Virus record (IMG/VR): IMGVR_UViG_3300037067_022543
Source: a virus
Strand: one strand, 5' to 3'
DNA length: 39,289 nt
Shown: one piece after another, positions 25,227-34,922 of the stretch
Numbering within the stretch: the first letter of the stretch is position 1
Layout of the letters: each line of letters begins with the position of its first letter
Program-made: the position numbers and the translations under genes
Notes under the pieces: model-generated
Seen by the model: the letters and a program-made list of their open reading frames with translations, nothing else
Told to the model about the DNA's origin: nothing
Database searches by the model: none

Positions 25227-26927
25227 CTATTTTTCTATAACTTCAACACCAACAACATCTAATTGCATCCCCCATTTTTCATCATAACTTTGTGGGAATT
25301 TAAAGTAAACATTTGCTCTTTTGCCAAATTCTTTAAGGGAGCCAATCTCATCATTAAATGTTTTAAACTTAAAATTAATCCCATCAACCTTCAATATAGA
25401 TAATATCCAGTTCGGGTTTTCTTTTCTATCAACTAAAGAAACCGCTACTTCTGAAAGCTTAAAAATTGGCTCTGGATTGTTAATATCACAATATGGATAT
25501 AATAAGTTAACAATTTTATAAGTATCTTCACTAATTGATGATGGCTTCAAAACAGCGTCATAAAAAACTTCTTTGTTACAATTTTTATTTTCTTCTACAA
25601 GCACTTTTTGACAAGCATCATTAAATATTTTTCTTGATTTGTCAAGATATTTTTTCTTTAACGTAACACCTGCTGCATAATCATGCCCGCCATATTTATC
25701 AAACATCTCTGAACATAAATCCAATATTTTAATTAAGCTAATGCCTTTTATAGATCTTCCACTTCCTTTTAAAATTCCTTTTTCTCTACCTATTACCACT
25801 GTTGGTTTATGAAACTTTTCGGCTATTTCAGAAGCAACAACTCCTACAACTCCTATGTTCCATTTAGGATTAACCAGTAAAATACCATATTCCATTTCTT
25901 TTTCATTAAACATACCTATTGCTTCTTCTAATATATTTCCTTGTATTTCTTGTCTATTTTTATTTGTAATCTCAAGAACTTGTATAATATCATCAATCTC
26001 ATCTTTATTTTTAGACACAAGTAAATCAAAAGCTTCTTGAGGAGATCCTAATCTGCCGACAGCATTTAATCTTGGAGCTAATCTAAAACCAACCTGTTCT
26101 TGAGTAATTGTTTTATTATTTAATTTACATAACTCTATTAAAGTTGACAATCCTTTAGAAGACAATTTATTAAAAAATTTCAGCCCTTGTTTAACAATAA
26201 TTCTGTTATCTTTAATAATAGGAGAAACATCTGCAATTGTTCCTATTGCAGCCAAAGATAATAATTCCTGAAGATTATCCTGTGTTATATTGCCATAAGT
26301 CGAGAACATCTCTAATGCTATTAAATAAACTAATCCACAAGTACACATTTCTTGAGAATCATACATTCTCCAATTAACTACTGAATTGGCTGATCTAGAA
26401 AAGTTTTCATCATTAAAAATATGATGATCGATCACGGCTATTTTTTCTATTCCAAAAGATTTCAATTTCTTTATTTCTTTTTCAGATGAAGATCCGCAAT
26501 CAAGTATTAATAATAGATCCGGAGTTTTGTTTTCAAGAGTAAATGCTATAAAAGATGCTAATGTTTGGGCATTTAATCCGTATCCATGCTCAAATCTAGA
26601 TGGAAGAAAAACATTACATTCTATGTTTAATATGTCACAAATCCTTCTTATCATATAAGAAGAAATTATACCATCAGTGTCATAATCACCTATGCAAGCA
26701 ACACTCTTTTTATCCGTACATATACCCATTAGTAGGTTAGAAATGTCTTTTATATTTTTAATTAATGATAGGTTTTTAAGATGCAAATAAGTGTCTTGGT
26801 GCGGATTTAGAAAGCCATCAACATCATCTATTTGCCTTTGAGACAATAACCTAGATAATAGTGGATTCATGCCGCCAATTTTCATTGATTTTTCTAATTC
26901 ATAATTATGCTGTCTTACGCAATACAT
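25227..26927 (-). CDS. recJ: RecJ-like DHH-family single-strand DNA exonuclease
   Basis: VACIGDYDTDGIISS (DxDGxxS), AVIDHHIF (DHH), GGHDYAAG (DHHA1 GGH); GGAGGAG RBS. Confidence 0.85.
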   Translation of the reverse strand: MYCVRQHNYELEKSMKIGGMNPLLSRLLSQRQIDDVDGFLNPHQDTYLHLKNLSLIKNIKDISNLLMGICTDKKSVACIGDYDTDGIISSYMIRRICDILNIECNVFLPSRFEHGYGLNAQTLASFIAFTLENKTPDLLLILDCGSSSEKEIKKLKSFGIEKIAVIDHHIFNDENFSRSANSVVNWRMYDSQEMCTCGLVYLIALEMFSTYGNITQDNLQELLSLAAIGTIADVSPIIKDNRIIVKQGLKFFNKLSSKGLSTLIELCKLNNKTITQEQVGFRLAPRLNAVGRLGSPQEAFDLLVSKNKDEIDDIIQVLEITNKNRQEIQGNILEEAIGMFNEKEMEYGILLVNPKWNIGVVGVVASEIAEKFHKPTVVIGREKGILKGSGRSIKGISLIKILDLCSEMFDKYGGHDYAAGVTLKKKYLDKSRKIFNDACQKVLVEENKNCNKEVFYDAVLKPSSISEDTYKIVNLLYPYCDINNPEPIFKLSEVAVSLVDRKENPNWILSILKVDGINFKFKTFNDEIGSLKEFGKRANVYFKFPQSYDEKWGMQLDVVGVEVIEK

Positions 26928-26975
26928 AATTTACTCCTCCATCTGCCATTTATAAACTGGGCAAATTTTTTATAA

Positions 26976-27500
26976 TTATTTTTTGTTTTCTTTTTCTTCC
27001 ACCAGCATTATACTACGTTTAACAAGATCAACTAATAAAGGTAGTTCTATATTTGGGACAACTGGAAGAGTTAAATACTTTAAAGAATTATCATCTATAG
27101 AAATAGGAACTTTCAATAGAACTGATATAAGAGAACCATCTGCAGGAAAAATAAATATTTTAGATACATCATCAATCTTTTGATCTTTTTTATTTCTGAT
27201 AACCAAATTAGTTAACGGAGCTTGAACTTTTTCTGAAAACATCAAGTTTACACAATCTATTGACAAGTTTCCTCTATTGACTAAATCAATAACATAAGAA
27301 TAAATGCCACAGCTTTCTATCCCTAACCCATTTTGAGAAAAGTTAATTATTGTTGTAAACCTTAAGCCGTCTAACAGCGATGTGAAAAATCTAGTTTTAT
27401 TATCATTTACAAATATAGCAAAAAATGAATAATGTGTATAAAAAGCATCAAAAAAATAAAAACTGTTTTCTGATTTGTCTACAAAATTATTTTTCTTCAT
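26976..27500 (-). CDS. hypothetical protein
   Basis: 174-aa ORF. Confidence 0.55.
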   Translation of the reverse strand: MKKNNFVDKSENSFYFFDAFYTHYSFFAIFVNDNKTRFFTSLLDGLRFTTIINFSQNGLGIESCGIYSYVIDLVNRGNLSIDCVNLMFSEKVQAPLTNLVIRNKKDQKIDDVSKIFIFPADGSLISVLLKVPISIDDNSLKYLTLPVVPNIELPLLVDLVKRSIMLVEEKENKK

Positions 27501-27568
27501 CGAAATATTATACAGCTTTTTTAAATTTAATAATATTTTAATATGGGGATAATACTAGTGAACTACAA

Positions 27569-27763
27569 TTATAGGGGCTGTTCGGATGTTGCTTTTTTGC
27601 CCCACCATATTGGCTCTGGCTTCTCATAATCTGGATTAACAGGTACAGTATAATAATCGTCAGTTGGGTTATTAGATTCAGATTTTCCCTTATCTTCCCA
27701 ATGATATGCCCCGAATCTATAACGATCTTTTTCTTCTTGATTCTTTCTTTCTTGTTCTGTCAT
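27569..27763 (-). CDS. hypothetical protein
   Basis: 64-aa ORF. Confidence 0.4.
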   Translation of the reverse strand: MTEQERKNQEEKDRYRFGAYHWEDKGKSESNNPTDDYYTVPVNPDYEKPEPIWWGKKATSEQPL

Positions 27764-27996
27764 ATAATATCCAATGTATCAGTGGTTCTGTTAGCAACAA
27801 AACCAATTTTAGAATTATACTTCACGGCTGAAAACCTATAAGCGTTTTTTATAATTTCCTGATATTCTGGAGAAAAGTCTGTTATTTTTTTAGTTCTATC
27901 TAAAAAAACTGCATTAACATCATCCCAAAGCTCAATTTTGCCAGGATCATTATTACTAGGATCAGCAGGATCATCAGGAGAAATTGGATTTGCCAT
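27760..27996 (-). CDS. hypothetical protein
   Basis: 78-aa ORF. Confidence 0.45.
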   Translation of the reverse strand: MANPISPDDPADPSNNDPGKIELWDDVNAVFLDRTKKITDFSPEYQEIIKNAYRFSAVKYNSKIGFVANRTTDTLDII

Positions 27997-28906
27997 ATTT
28001 TTTTAGTACTCCTATAATTACTTCCCTATCTTCTTTATCTATAATTACAGGAACATCATAAAATACCCTTGCTATAAAATCAGAATTATTAAAACCCTTG
28101 TTGCTTATATGATAAAATGCCCCATTCCCCTTACGTGAATCTAATTTAATTTCAACGCTTTCTTTATCTCCAAGTATGTGATGGGTAACGACATCTTCTC
28201 TTAAAATATTAATCATTGGAATATTTAAAAGACATATTATAGAACCATCATTTTGAACTAAATGATTATCCTCTTCTACTGGATAATCTATTTGAATATA
28301 TAAATCTCCTTCAGTATTATCAAAAGACAATATGTTGCCTTTTTTTTCTATTTTTATAAAAGATCTTTTTTTAATTCTTGGTGGTATATCAACAGATAAA
28401 GACTCTTTACTGAAAATAGTTTTAATTCCATATTTTAAATTATTGTCTTTTTTATAAATTTCTCTTTTATAAGAAATAGTCTTCTTGCATCCACAATATG
28501 CATCTTTTAAAGATATATTTAATCCTATTTTTATATCTTTTTGGATAGGATCTCTTGTCCCAAAACCCCCTCTACCAAAGTTAATAGTAAAACCACCAAA
28601 GTTTATCCCATTTCCATCAGAAGACGGTTTTCCAAAATCTGCCCAAAAAGATTCCGAAAAAGACTCATTAAAATCCATAAAATTTCTATCAAAAGGAGAT
28701 GGGTTATCATATCTTTTTCTTTTAGATTCATCTGATAAAACTTCGTAAGCTTCATTAATCTCCTTGAATTTATTTTCGTTTTCTTTTGTATTATTAACAT
28801 CAGGATGGTATTTAAAAGCTTTTTTTCTAAAAGCCTTCTTTATTTCTTCTTGAGTTGCTTTTTTATCTACATCAAGAATTTTATAATAATTTTTTGTTGT
28901 TTTCAT
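27974..28906 (-). CDS. J-domain (DnaJ-like) co-chaperone
   Basis: [32 protein letters not shown] (HPD), Gly/Phe-rich region [17 protein letters not shown]; no CxxCxGxG zinc finger. Confidence 0.8.
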   Translation of the reverse strand: MKTTKNYYKILDVDKKATQEEIKKAFRKKAFKYHPDVNNTKENENKFKEINEAYEVLSDESKRKRYDNPSPFDRNFMDFNESFSESFWADFGKPSSDGNGINFGGFTINFGRGGFGTRDPIQKDIKIGLNISLKDAYCGCKKTISYKREIYKKDNNLKYGIKTIFSKESLSVDIPPRIKKRSFIKIEKKGNILSFDNTEGDLYIQIDYPVEEDNHLVQNDGSIICLLNIPMINILREDVVTHHILGDKESVEIKLDSRKGNGAFYHISNKGFNNSDFIARVFYDVPVIIDKEDREVIIGVLKKYGKSNFS

Positions 28907-28944
28907 TTTTTATTTTCTTTTCAGAAATAAAACAATCTTATTCT

Positions 28945-31260
28945 TTAGGTTCTAACAACTATATTACCTTCTTGTAATATTAAGTCAATACTTTTAACAT
29001 TGCCTTTTTGTTTAACAATATAATCTGAAATAATATCAGATATAAAACTTTTTGTAACAACATCTTCTATAGGATTTGCATTAATTCCATGTGATTTTTT
29101 TACTTCTTCTAAAACTCTTGGAATAATGTTTGTATTGTATGACAAATCTATATTTTTTTGTTTCTTTATTTTAGTAATAAGTTTATCAAACATTAACTTA
29201 ATAAGGTCTTCTTTTTCATTATCCGTGAAGTTATTAAAGGTAACTATAGAATTAATCCTATTAACAAACTCTGTTCCAAAAGATTTATTATACATGGAAA
29301 CAATTTTATCTTTTGTTATTCCATTATCTTTATTAATTGATCCAAAACCCAATGAACCTTGCGTGGATATTTCGCTACCCATATTAGTAGTCATTATTAT
29401 TATGGATTGGTGAAAGCTAACAGATCTTCCTTTAGAATCTGTTAATGTACCCCTAGATAAAACTTGCATAAATAATTTAATAACATCTGGATGGGCCTTG
29501 TCTATTTCATCTAGTAAAATTAAACAATATGGTCTTCTTAAAACCCTGTCAGTAAGTTGATTTTTTTCACCAAAACCGACATAACCCGGAGGACTACCTA
29601 TTAGCCTAGAAATTGTATGAGATTCTGCAAATTCAGTCATGTTTATTCTAATAAAGGCATCATTATGTGGAAATATTGATTCTGATATTTTTTCTGCCAA
29701 ATATGTTTTTCCGGTTCCAGATGGGCCTGAAAAAATAAAACTACAAATAGGAGTATCTAAAGAACGAAGTCCTATATAGGCATTTTTAATTATTTTACAT
29801 ACTGTTTTTAATGGTAATTCTTGACCGACAAAATCCTTTCTTATAATTTCTTCCAAATTTAATATCTTATCAGTATATGAATTTACAATAGCATTATATG
29901 GAATATTTTGTTGTTCAGATATAATTTTAGATATGTGCTCTCTCTCAATTATAATATTGTCTTTGTTGCCTTTTTTAATATTAGCAAATCTAGCGCAGGC
30001 ATCGTCTATTAAATCTATTGACTTGTCTGGAAAATATTTGTCTTTAATATAATGATCTGCTAAATCTGCTGAAGCATCAATAGCATCATTGCTAATAATA
30101 CACTTATGATGCTTTTCCATTGAATCTTTAATTCCATATAATATTTTTTTAGTATCTTCTATTGATGGCTCATTAATAACCACCTTTTGAAATCTTCTTT
30201 CTAATGCACTATCCCTAGAAATAAATTTATAATATTCATCTTCTGTTGTTGCTCCTATACATTTGAAATCTCCTCTTGCTAAGGCTGGCTTTAATATATT
30301 ACCTGCGTCCAATGTTCCAATAGCTCCACCTGCACCTAAAACAGTATGCATCTCGTCAATAAAACACACATATTCTTTTGATTCTTTAAATATTTGGAGA
30401 ATATTATTCATTTTTTCTTCAAATTGTCCGCGATATTGAGTATCTGCAACAACTGAAGAAAGATTCAGCATTAATATCTTTTTGTCTTTTATGGATTCTG
30501 GGACAACACCAGCAGCTATTCTCTGTGCAAGACCTTCTATTATACATGTTTTTCCAACACCTGCATTTCCCACTAATACTGGATTATTTTTTCTTTTTCT
30601 ACACAAAATAGAAACTATTTGTTCTATCTCATTTTCCCTACCGATAACAGGATCTAATTTTCCTTCAGCAGCACTTTTAGTTAAATCAACAAAGAATAAA
30701 TCTAAAATTTGTTTTTTTGTTTTTTTGTTTGCTTGTTTTTTGTTATTTCCGCTATTAGCAGAAACATCACATAGATCATCAATATCTTCTTCGTCTTCAA
30801 ATTGATCGCTAATCACAGCAACTTGGGAAAATGCTTTTTTAAAATCTTTTTTATTAATTTTAACTAAATCATCAAAATATGCAGAAGAACACAATGCAAG
30901 CAAAACATGTTGAACTCCTAAAACCTTGTCTTCAATTTCATTTTTGAATTTTATGGCACTTTTAATCAGGGTTTTGCCTTCTGGTGATATTTGAATATCT
31001 CCATAGACAAAACTATTATTAAAAGACATAGCCACTTTATTTTTTTCTATCTTTTCTTTAATTTTACATAATAACAAATCTAATTTAACTTTTAATATTT
31101 TTAAAATTTCAGTAGCCACATTTGGCCCAGATAAAATAATACCAATCATTAAAATATCTGGTGAGATTTCTTTGCATTCTAAATCAACTGCCACTGATTT
31201 AGAAAAAATAAAACTACGCAAAAGATCCGTATCAAACTTTTCATAAATTTCATTACTCAT
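28945..31260 (-). CDS. Clp/Hsp100-family double AAA+ ATPase (ClpA/ClpB-like)
   Basis: N-domain repeats, NBD1 Walker A GNAGVGKT and IDEMHTV, NBD2 FSGPSGTGKT, GSPPGYVGF signature, ILLDEIDKAHPDV; ORF-track start 31278 is TTG; first ATG at 31260. Confidence 0.85.
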   Translation of the reverse strand: MSNEIYEKFDTDLLRSFIFSKSVAVDLECKEISPDILMIGIILSGPNVATEILKILKVKLDLLLCKIKEKIEKNKVAMSFNNSFVYGDIQISPEGKTLIKSAIKFKNEIEDKVLGVQHVLLALCSSAYFDDLVKINKKDFKKAFSQVAVISDQFEDEEDIDDLCDVSANSGNNKKQANKKTKKQILDLFFVDLTKSAAEGKLDPVIGRENEIEQIVSILCRKRKNNPVLVGNAGVGKTCIIEGLAQRIAAGVVPESIKDKKILMLNLSSVVADTQYRGQFEEKMNNILQIFKESKEYVCFIDEMHTVLGAGGAIGTLDAGNILKPALARGDFKCIGATTEDEYYKFISRDSALERRFQKVVINEPSIEDTKKILYGIKDSMEKHHKCIISNDAIDASADLADHYIKDKYFPDKSIDLIDDACARFANIKKGNKDNIIIEREHISKIISEQQNIPYNAIVNSYTDKILNLEEIIRKDFVGQELPLKTVCKIIKNAYIGLRSLDTPICSFIFSGPSGTGKTYLAEKISESIFPHNDAFIRINMTEFAESHTISRLIGSPPGYVGFGEKNQLTDRVLRRPYCLILLDEIDKAHPDVIKLFMQVLSRGTLTDSKGRSVSFHQSIIIMTTNMGSEISTQGSLGFGSINKDNGITKDKIVSMYNKSFGTEFVNRINSIVTFNNFTDNEKEDLIKLMFDKLITKIKKQKNIDLSYNTNIIPRVLEEVKKSHGINANPIEDVVTKSFISDIISDYIVKQKGNVKSIDLILQEGNIVVRT

Positions 31261-31268
31261 GATTATTT

Positions 31269-31526
31269 TTATCCACAAAAATCATCTTTATCATCTTGTT
31301 CTTCTTTAAAATTAAGATAATTGACCATCTCTTTTATCTCTTTGTTCTCCATCATCTTTTCATCTTCTGGTATTTCTTGAGAAAAAGCAAATACAGAAAT
31401 AACAAGATTTTTTTCTTCATCTGTCATGTCTGGATATCTGGCAAAAATCATCTGATCATTATGTCTTCTGCCAAACAGCACTCTTCCTCTTTCGTCACAA
31501 ATATGCCACCTAAAACCTTCTTGCAT
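31269..31526 (-). CDS. hypothetical protein
   Basis: 85 aa, AAAGGA RBS. Confidence 0.5.
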   Translation of the reverse strand: MQEGFRWHICDERGRVLFGRRHNDQMIFARYPDMTDEEKNLVISVFAFSQEIPEDEKMMENKEIKEMVNYLNFKEEQDDKDDFCG

Positions 31527-31545
31527 TTGTAATGTCCTTTCTAAT

Positions 31546-32403
31546 TTATAATATTATACAGTTTTCTATTTCTTTAACCAAATCATTTTTAATCTTGCTT
31601 AAATTGTCAATAAAGACAGCAGGTTCTTTCTTATATTCGCCACTATCTATTGTATTTAATATCTGCTTTACTAAATCATTAATATCTCTATAAAAACACA
31701 GTAAATATATCCTATTAATTTCTTTTTTAAAAGACTCTATCATGTTGTTCCTTATTTCCTTTTCTTTTTGATAAAAACAAATAATCTTATCAAAAGCATT
31801 AGAAACAATATTTATTAAATCAGATCTTATTTGTTGGGATAAGAGATTATCACTTAAAACTATTTTTGGGGAACCATTTAAAAGAACAAATGAAGAAAAA
31901 TCAGCAACCTTAAAAAGTAATATCCTAAAATTAATAGAGTTATATAAATCCTCCTTATTTGGCAATAGATTAATTATTTTTTTATTTGTTTCAATAATAA
32001 AGTTTTCATGTGGATTTCCGCCATCTTTATGAATACTTTTCCAAACATTATTAATTAAATCTTTATTAGATTCTTTTATAAATGGTTCAAATGTACCATA
32101 AGATAATATTAAATCATTTTTATAATTATTAAAATCTTGAGCTAATTTATTATTATCTATTATCCATTGAGCATATGATTTTTCCGGTAAAAATCTTCCA
32201 ATAGATGTTAATAAACTATAATATGACAATTGTATATTTAGTTTTGATTCTAAAGATCTTATATTTTTAAAATATTTGTCTGGCATTATTTGTGGAAAAA
32301 AACCGTTTTCTACTGCAATTAGAAGAGTGGGATCCTTTATAGCAATTTTATAGGGATTAAAAATATTAAAAACAATTTTAACAAAGTAACCACTAATATT
32401 CAT
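31546..32403 (-). CDS. hypothetical protein
   Basis: ORF-track start 32442 is GTG; first ATG at 32403. Confidence 0.5.
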   Translation of the reverse strand: MNISGYFVKIVFNIFNPYKIAIKDPTLLIAVENGFFPQIMPDKYFKNIRSLESKLNIQLSYYSLLTSIGRFLPEKSYAQWIIDNNKLAQDFNNYKNDLILSYGTFEPFIKESNKDLINNVWKSIHKDGGNPHENFIIETNKKIINLLPNKEDLYNSINFRILLFKVADFSSFVLLNGSPKIVLSDNLLSQQIRSDLINIVSNAFDKIICFYQKEKEIRNNMIESFKKEINRIYLLCFYRDINDLVKQILNTIDSGEYKKEPAVFIDNLSKIKNDLVKEIENCIIL

Positions 32404-32456
32404 TTTTTGTACTCTTTTATTATCTATTGCAATTAAACTCACATATGCTTAATAAA

Positions 32457-33239
32457 TTATGGCTTTTTAAAAAACAAGATTGATGTATGTGTTCTACTAG
32501 TTATCATCTTAACTGGATAGCCAAAAAAAGATGCCCTTCTAGCTTCATTATACCATATATATTCTCCTTGTGGCTTCCATCCAGCATTTTTAGCTTCTTG
32601 GCATAAAAGATCTGTTAAAAAGATATATTCTCCATTTATATACATATCCTCCATAAAAGAAATCATGTATTTTCCATTTTTAATCATATTAAAAGATTTT
32701 TTACAAAAATCAAAAATAAACTTCTTCCAATCATTTATATCTTTAAAATAAATACCGAATTTATCCATTGGTCTTTCTAAACTGCCAATTCCTTTATAAA
32801 TCCTTGTTGATTTTTTCCTAGAATCCATATCAAAATAAGGAGGATCTGCAAAAACCAAATCTACATATTGGTCATCCATATTAAAAAAGCTTTTGTGTAA
32901 AATGGCATTTTTATCATAAGTATTAAATAGGCCGTTTAATTCGTCACAAGATGATTGGTAGGCATCTATATATGATTTATTAATTTCGCAGCCTACAGCC
33001 CTTCTTCCTGCCATCTGTGCTCCCAATATAATCCCTCCAGTTCCTGCAAATGGATCTAAAATCAAATCGCCCTTATGAGAAAATATTTCTATAATGTCTT
33101 TACAAAGAAGTGGGGGTTTACAAGCTTTATTTAAACGCCTAATTTTATGAGCAAAAGAACCCTGCCCATAATTTTTTTTAATAACAGATTTAGACCTAAA
33201 TAACCATTCTGAACCAGTTAAATCATTTAATTTATTCAT
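32457..33239 (-). CDS. N6-adenine DNA methyltransferase
   Basis: motif I LILDPFAGTGGIILGA followed by motif IV LVFADPPY. Confidence 0.8.
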   Translation of the reverse strand: MNKLNDLTGSEWLFRSKSVIKKNYGQGSFAHKIRRLNKACKPPLLCKDIIEIFSHKGDLILDPFAGTGGIILGAQMAGRRAVGCEINKSYIDAYQSSCDELNGLFNTYDKNAILHKSFFNMDDQYVDLVFADPPYFDMDSRKKSTRIYKGIGSLERPMDKFGIYFKDINDWKKFIFDFCKKSFNMIKNGKYMISFMEDMYINGEYIFLTDLLCQEAKNAGWKPQGEYIWYNEARRASFFGYPVKMITSRTHTSILFFKKP

Positions 33240-33340
33240 TTAATTTATTTACGGGAGTGTAAAACACCCACATCTTTAGTGGTTGGGTAGTTTATTTTGT
33301 GACATAATTTACCATATAACATATTTAATTTACTTCCCCT

Positions 33341-33511
33341 TCAGTTAAAAACAGCCAAATCAGAACCAAATTCATTTTTATCATTTTCTTTTTTTTGTTT
33401 GTTTTCTATTTTATCTCTATTGTTTTTTCTTACCTTTGCTCGCACTCTAATATGACTTTTTTGATCCGGGTTTGTTACCCCTCTGCATGGCTCTATATCA
33501 AATTTTCCCAT
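33341..33511 (-). CDS. small basic hypothetical protein (56 aa, MGKFDIEPCRGVTNPDQKSH...)
   Basis: hand-translated; GGAGAAACT-ATG RBS. Confidence 0.35.
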   Translation of the reverse strand: MGKFDIEPCRGVTNPDQKSHIRVRAKVRKNNRDKIENKQKKENDKNEFGSDLAVFN

Positions 33512-33521
33512 AGTTTCTCCA

Positions 33522-34109
33522 CTAGTTAATAATAAAACTATTATACAGCTTTATTGCTTGTTCAGATACTTTTTCAATTCCGTGTATATCCTCTTTAAGT
33601 AACATTTCATTTATTTTTTTATATGTGCTAAATACCCACTCTTTTACTTTATCATTATTATATTTTTTTAATAATTGAAAACATCTTTTAGATGCTAAAA
33701 AATGTTCTGAATCTATCATCTTCTTATAATTAATATCAATTTTTGCATTTTTTATAGCTTGAACTATAATATCATATGTATCCTTTATTTCTAGCTTTTC
33801 AGCAAGATAATCAATAACTTCTATTTGATTATCTATGCTTTTATAATCTATGCAAAAGTCTATGATAGTGCCGCTACTATTACATCCAAAACAATTGTAA
33901 AACCAGCAATCTGATTTCTCGTCTTTAAAAACATGAAAGGAAGGTTTAGAATCTTTATGAAACGGCATTGGACATAAACAAGAATATCTATCTTTATTTT
34001 TCTTTAAAGTTTTACCCGTCTCTTTTTCTATAAACTTGGCTAAATCAACTTTTTTAAATTCACTATATAAAACATTGATTTCTTGTCTACTAAAAACAGG
34101 CTTATCCAT
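33522..34109 (-). CDS. DnaG-type primase zinc-binding domain protein (no TOPRIM domain in this ORF)
   Basis: CLCPMPFHKDSKPSFHV....CFGC (zf-CHC2, cf. CPFHxExTPSF). Confidence 0.7.
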   Translation of the reverse strand: MDKPVFSRQEINVLYSEFKKVDLAKFIEKETGKTLKKNKDRYSCLCPMPFHKDSKPSFHVFKDEKSDCWFYNCFGCNSSGTIIDFCIDYKSIDNQIEVIDYLAEKLEIKDTYDIIVQAIKNAKIDINYKKMIDSEHFLASKRCFQLLKKYNNDKVKEWVFSTYKKINEMLLKEDIHGIEKVSEQAIKLYNSFIIN

Positions 34110-34911
34110 TTAAAAGATTCCCCCTATTTAAAAATTTGTCTTTCATATATTCACAAAAGTTAGTGTCTATATCTACCATTATTGATTTTCTTTTAATTGC
34201 AGAAGCAGCTATTCCAACTGTTCCTGATCCTGCAAATGGATCTAAAACAACTTCATTTTTATATGTATAAAGTCTTATAAATTTAGAAACAATACTACCT
34301 GGAAATGGAGCAACGTGATGAACTTTTGCTGCTGATTCTGTTTCAAATTCCCAAATATCATTACGGCAACTATCTTTAATTGATGCCAAATCTATTAGAT
34401 TGTCTTGAGTTTGTTTGCTAATATCATGTTCTGGTTGCCCTTTAATATAAACCAACCAAACTTCATATACATTGTTGGGATAATAAAATCTTGGAAATCT
34501 TTTGTTTACGAAAGTCCCAAATCTTGGACTGCATACTTTTGTTTTTTTCCAAATAATATTATCTGCAAAAGTAAATCCAGCTTTTTCTAGACCTATAGCC
34601 GTATATGCTGGATTATTATAGCCAACTTTTAAACCATCTTTTTCTTCATTAATGTGGCTAGTATTTACTATGACATATCTACTTTTTTTCAAAATCCTAT
34701 ACCATTCATTATAAAATAATTGCATCCATTCATTATAATCATTTAAATTTTCAATTCCTAGTTTTTTCCATAGGTTTCCCCATAAATGATCACAGCAATA
34801 ATATGGAGGAGAAGTAATAATTAGATCTATGCTTTCATCCTTACGAAAATCTGTTTTTCTTCCATCACAATTATAAATTGCTATTTCGTTGTCATGCCAA
34901 AATGGTTCCAT
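34102..34911 (-). CDS. DNA methyltransferase (amino-MTase, beta-class)
   Basis: motif IV IITSPPYYC then motif I LDPFAGSGTVGIAA; ORF-track start is GTG; ATG at 34909-34911 with AAAGGGTG RBS. Confidence 0.8.
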   Translation of the reverse strand: MEPFWHDNEIAIYNCDGRKTDFRKDESIDLIITSPPYYCCDHLWGNLWKKLGIENLNDYNEWMQLFYNEWYRILKKSRYVIVNTSHINEEKDGLKVGYNNPAYTAIGLEKAGFTFADNIIWKKTKVCSPRFGTFVNKRFPRFYYPNNVYEVWLVYIKGQPEHDISKQTQDNLIDLASIKDSCRNDIWEFETESAAKVHHVAPFPGSIVSKFIRLYTYKNEVVLDPFAGSGTVGIAASAIKRKSIMVDIDTNFCEYMKDKFLNRGNLLNG

Positions 34912-34922
34912 ATTCACCCTTT

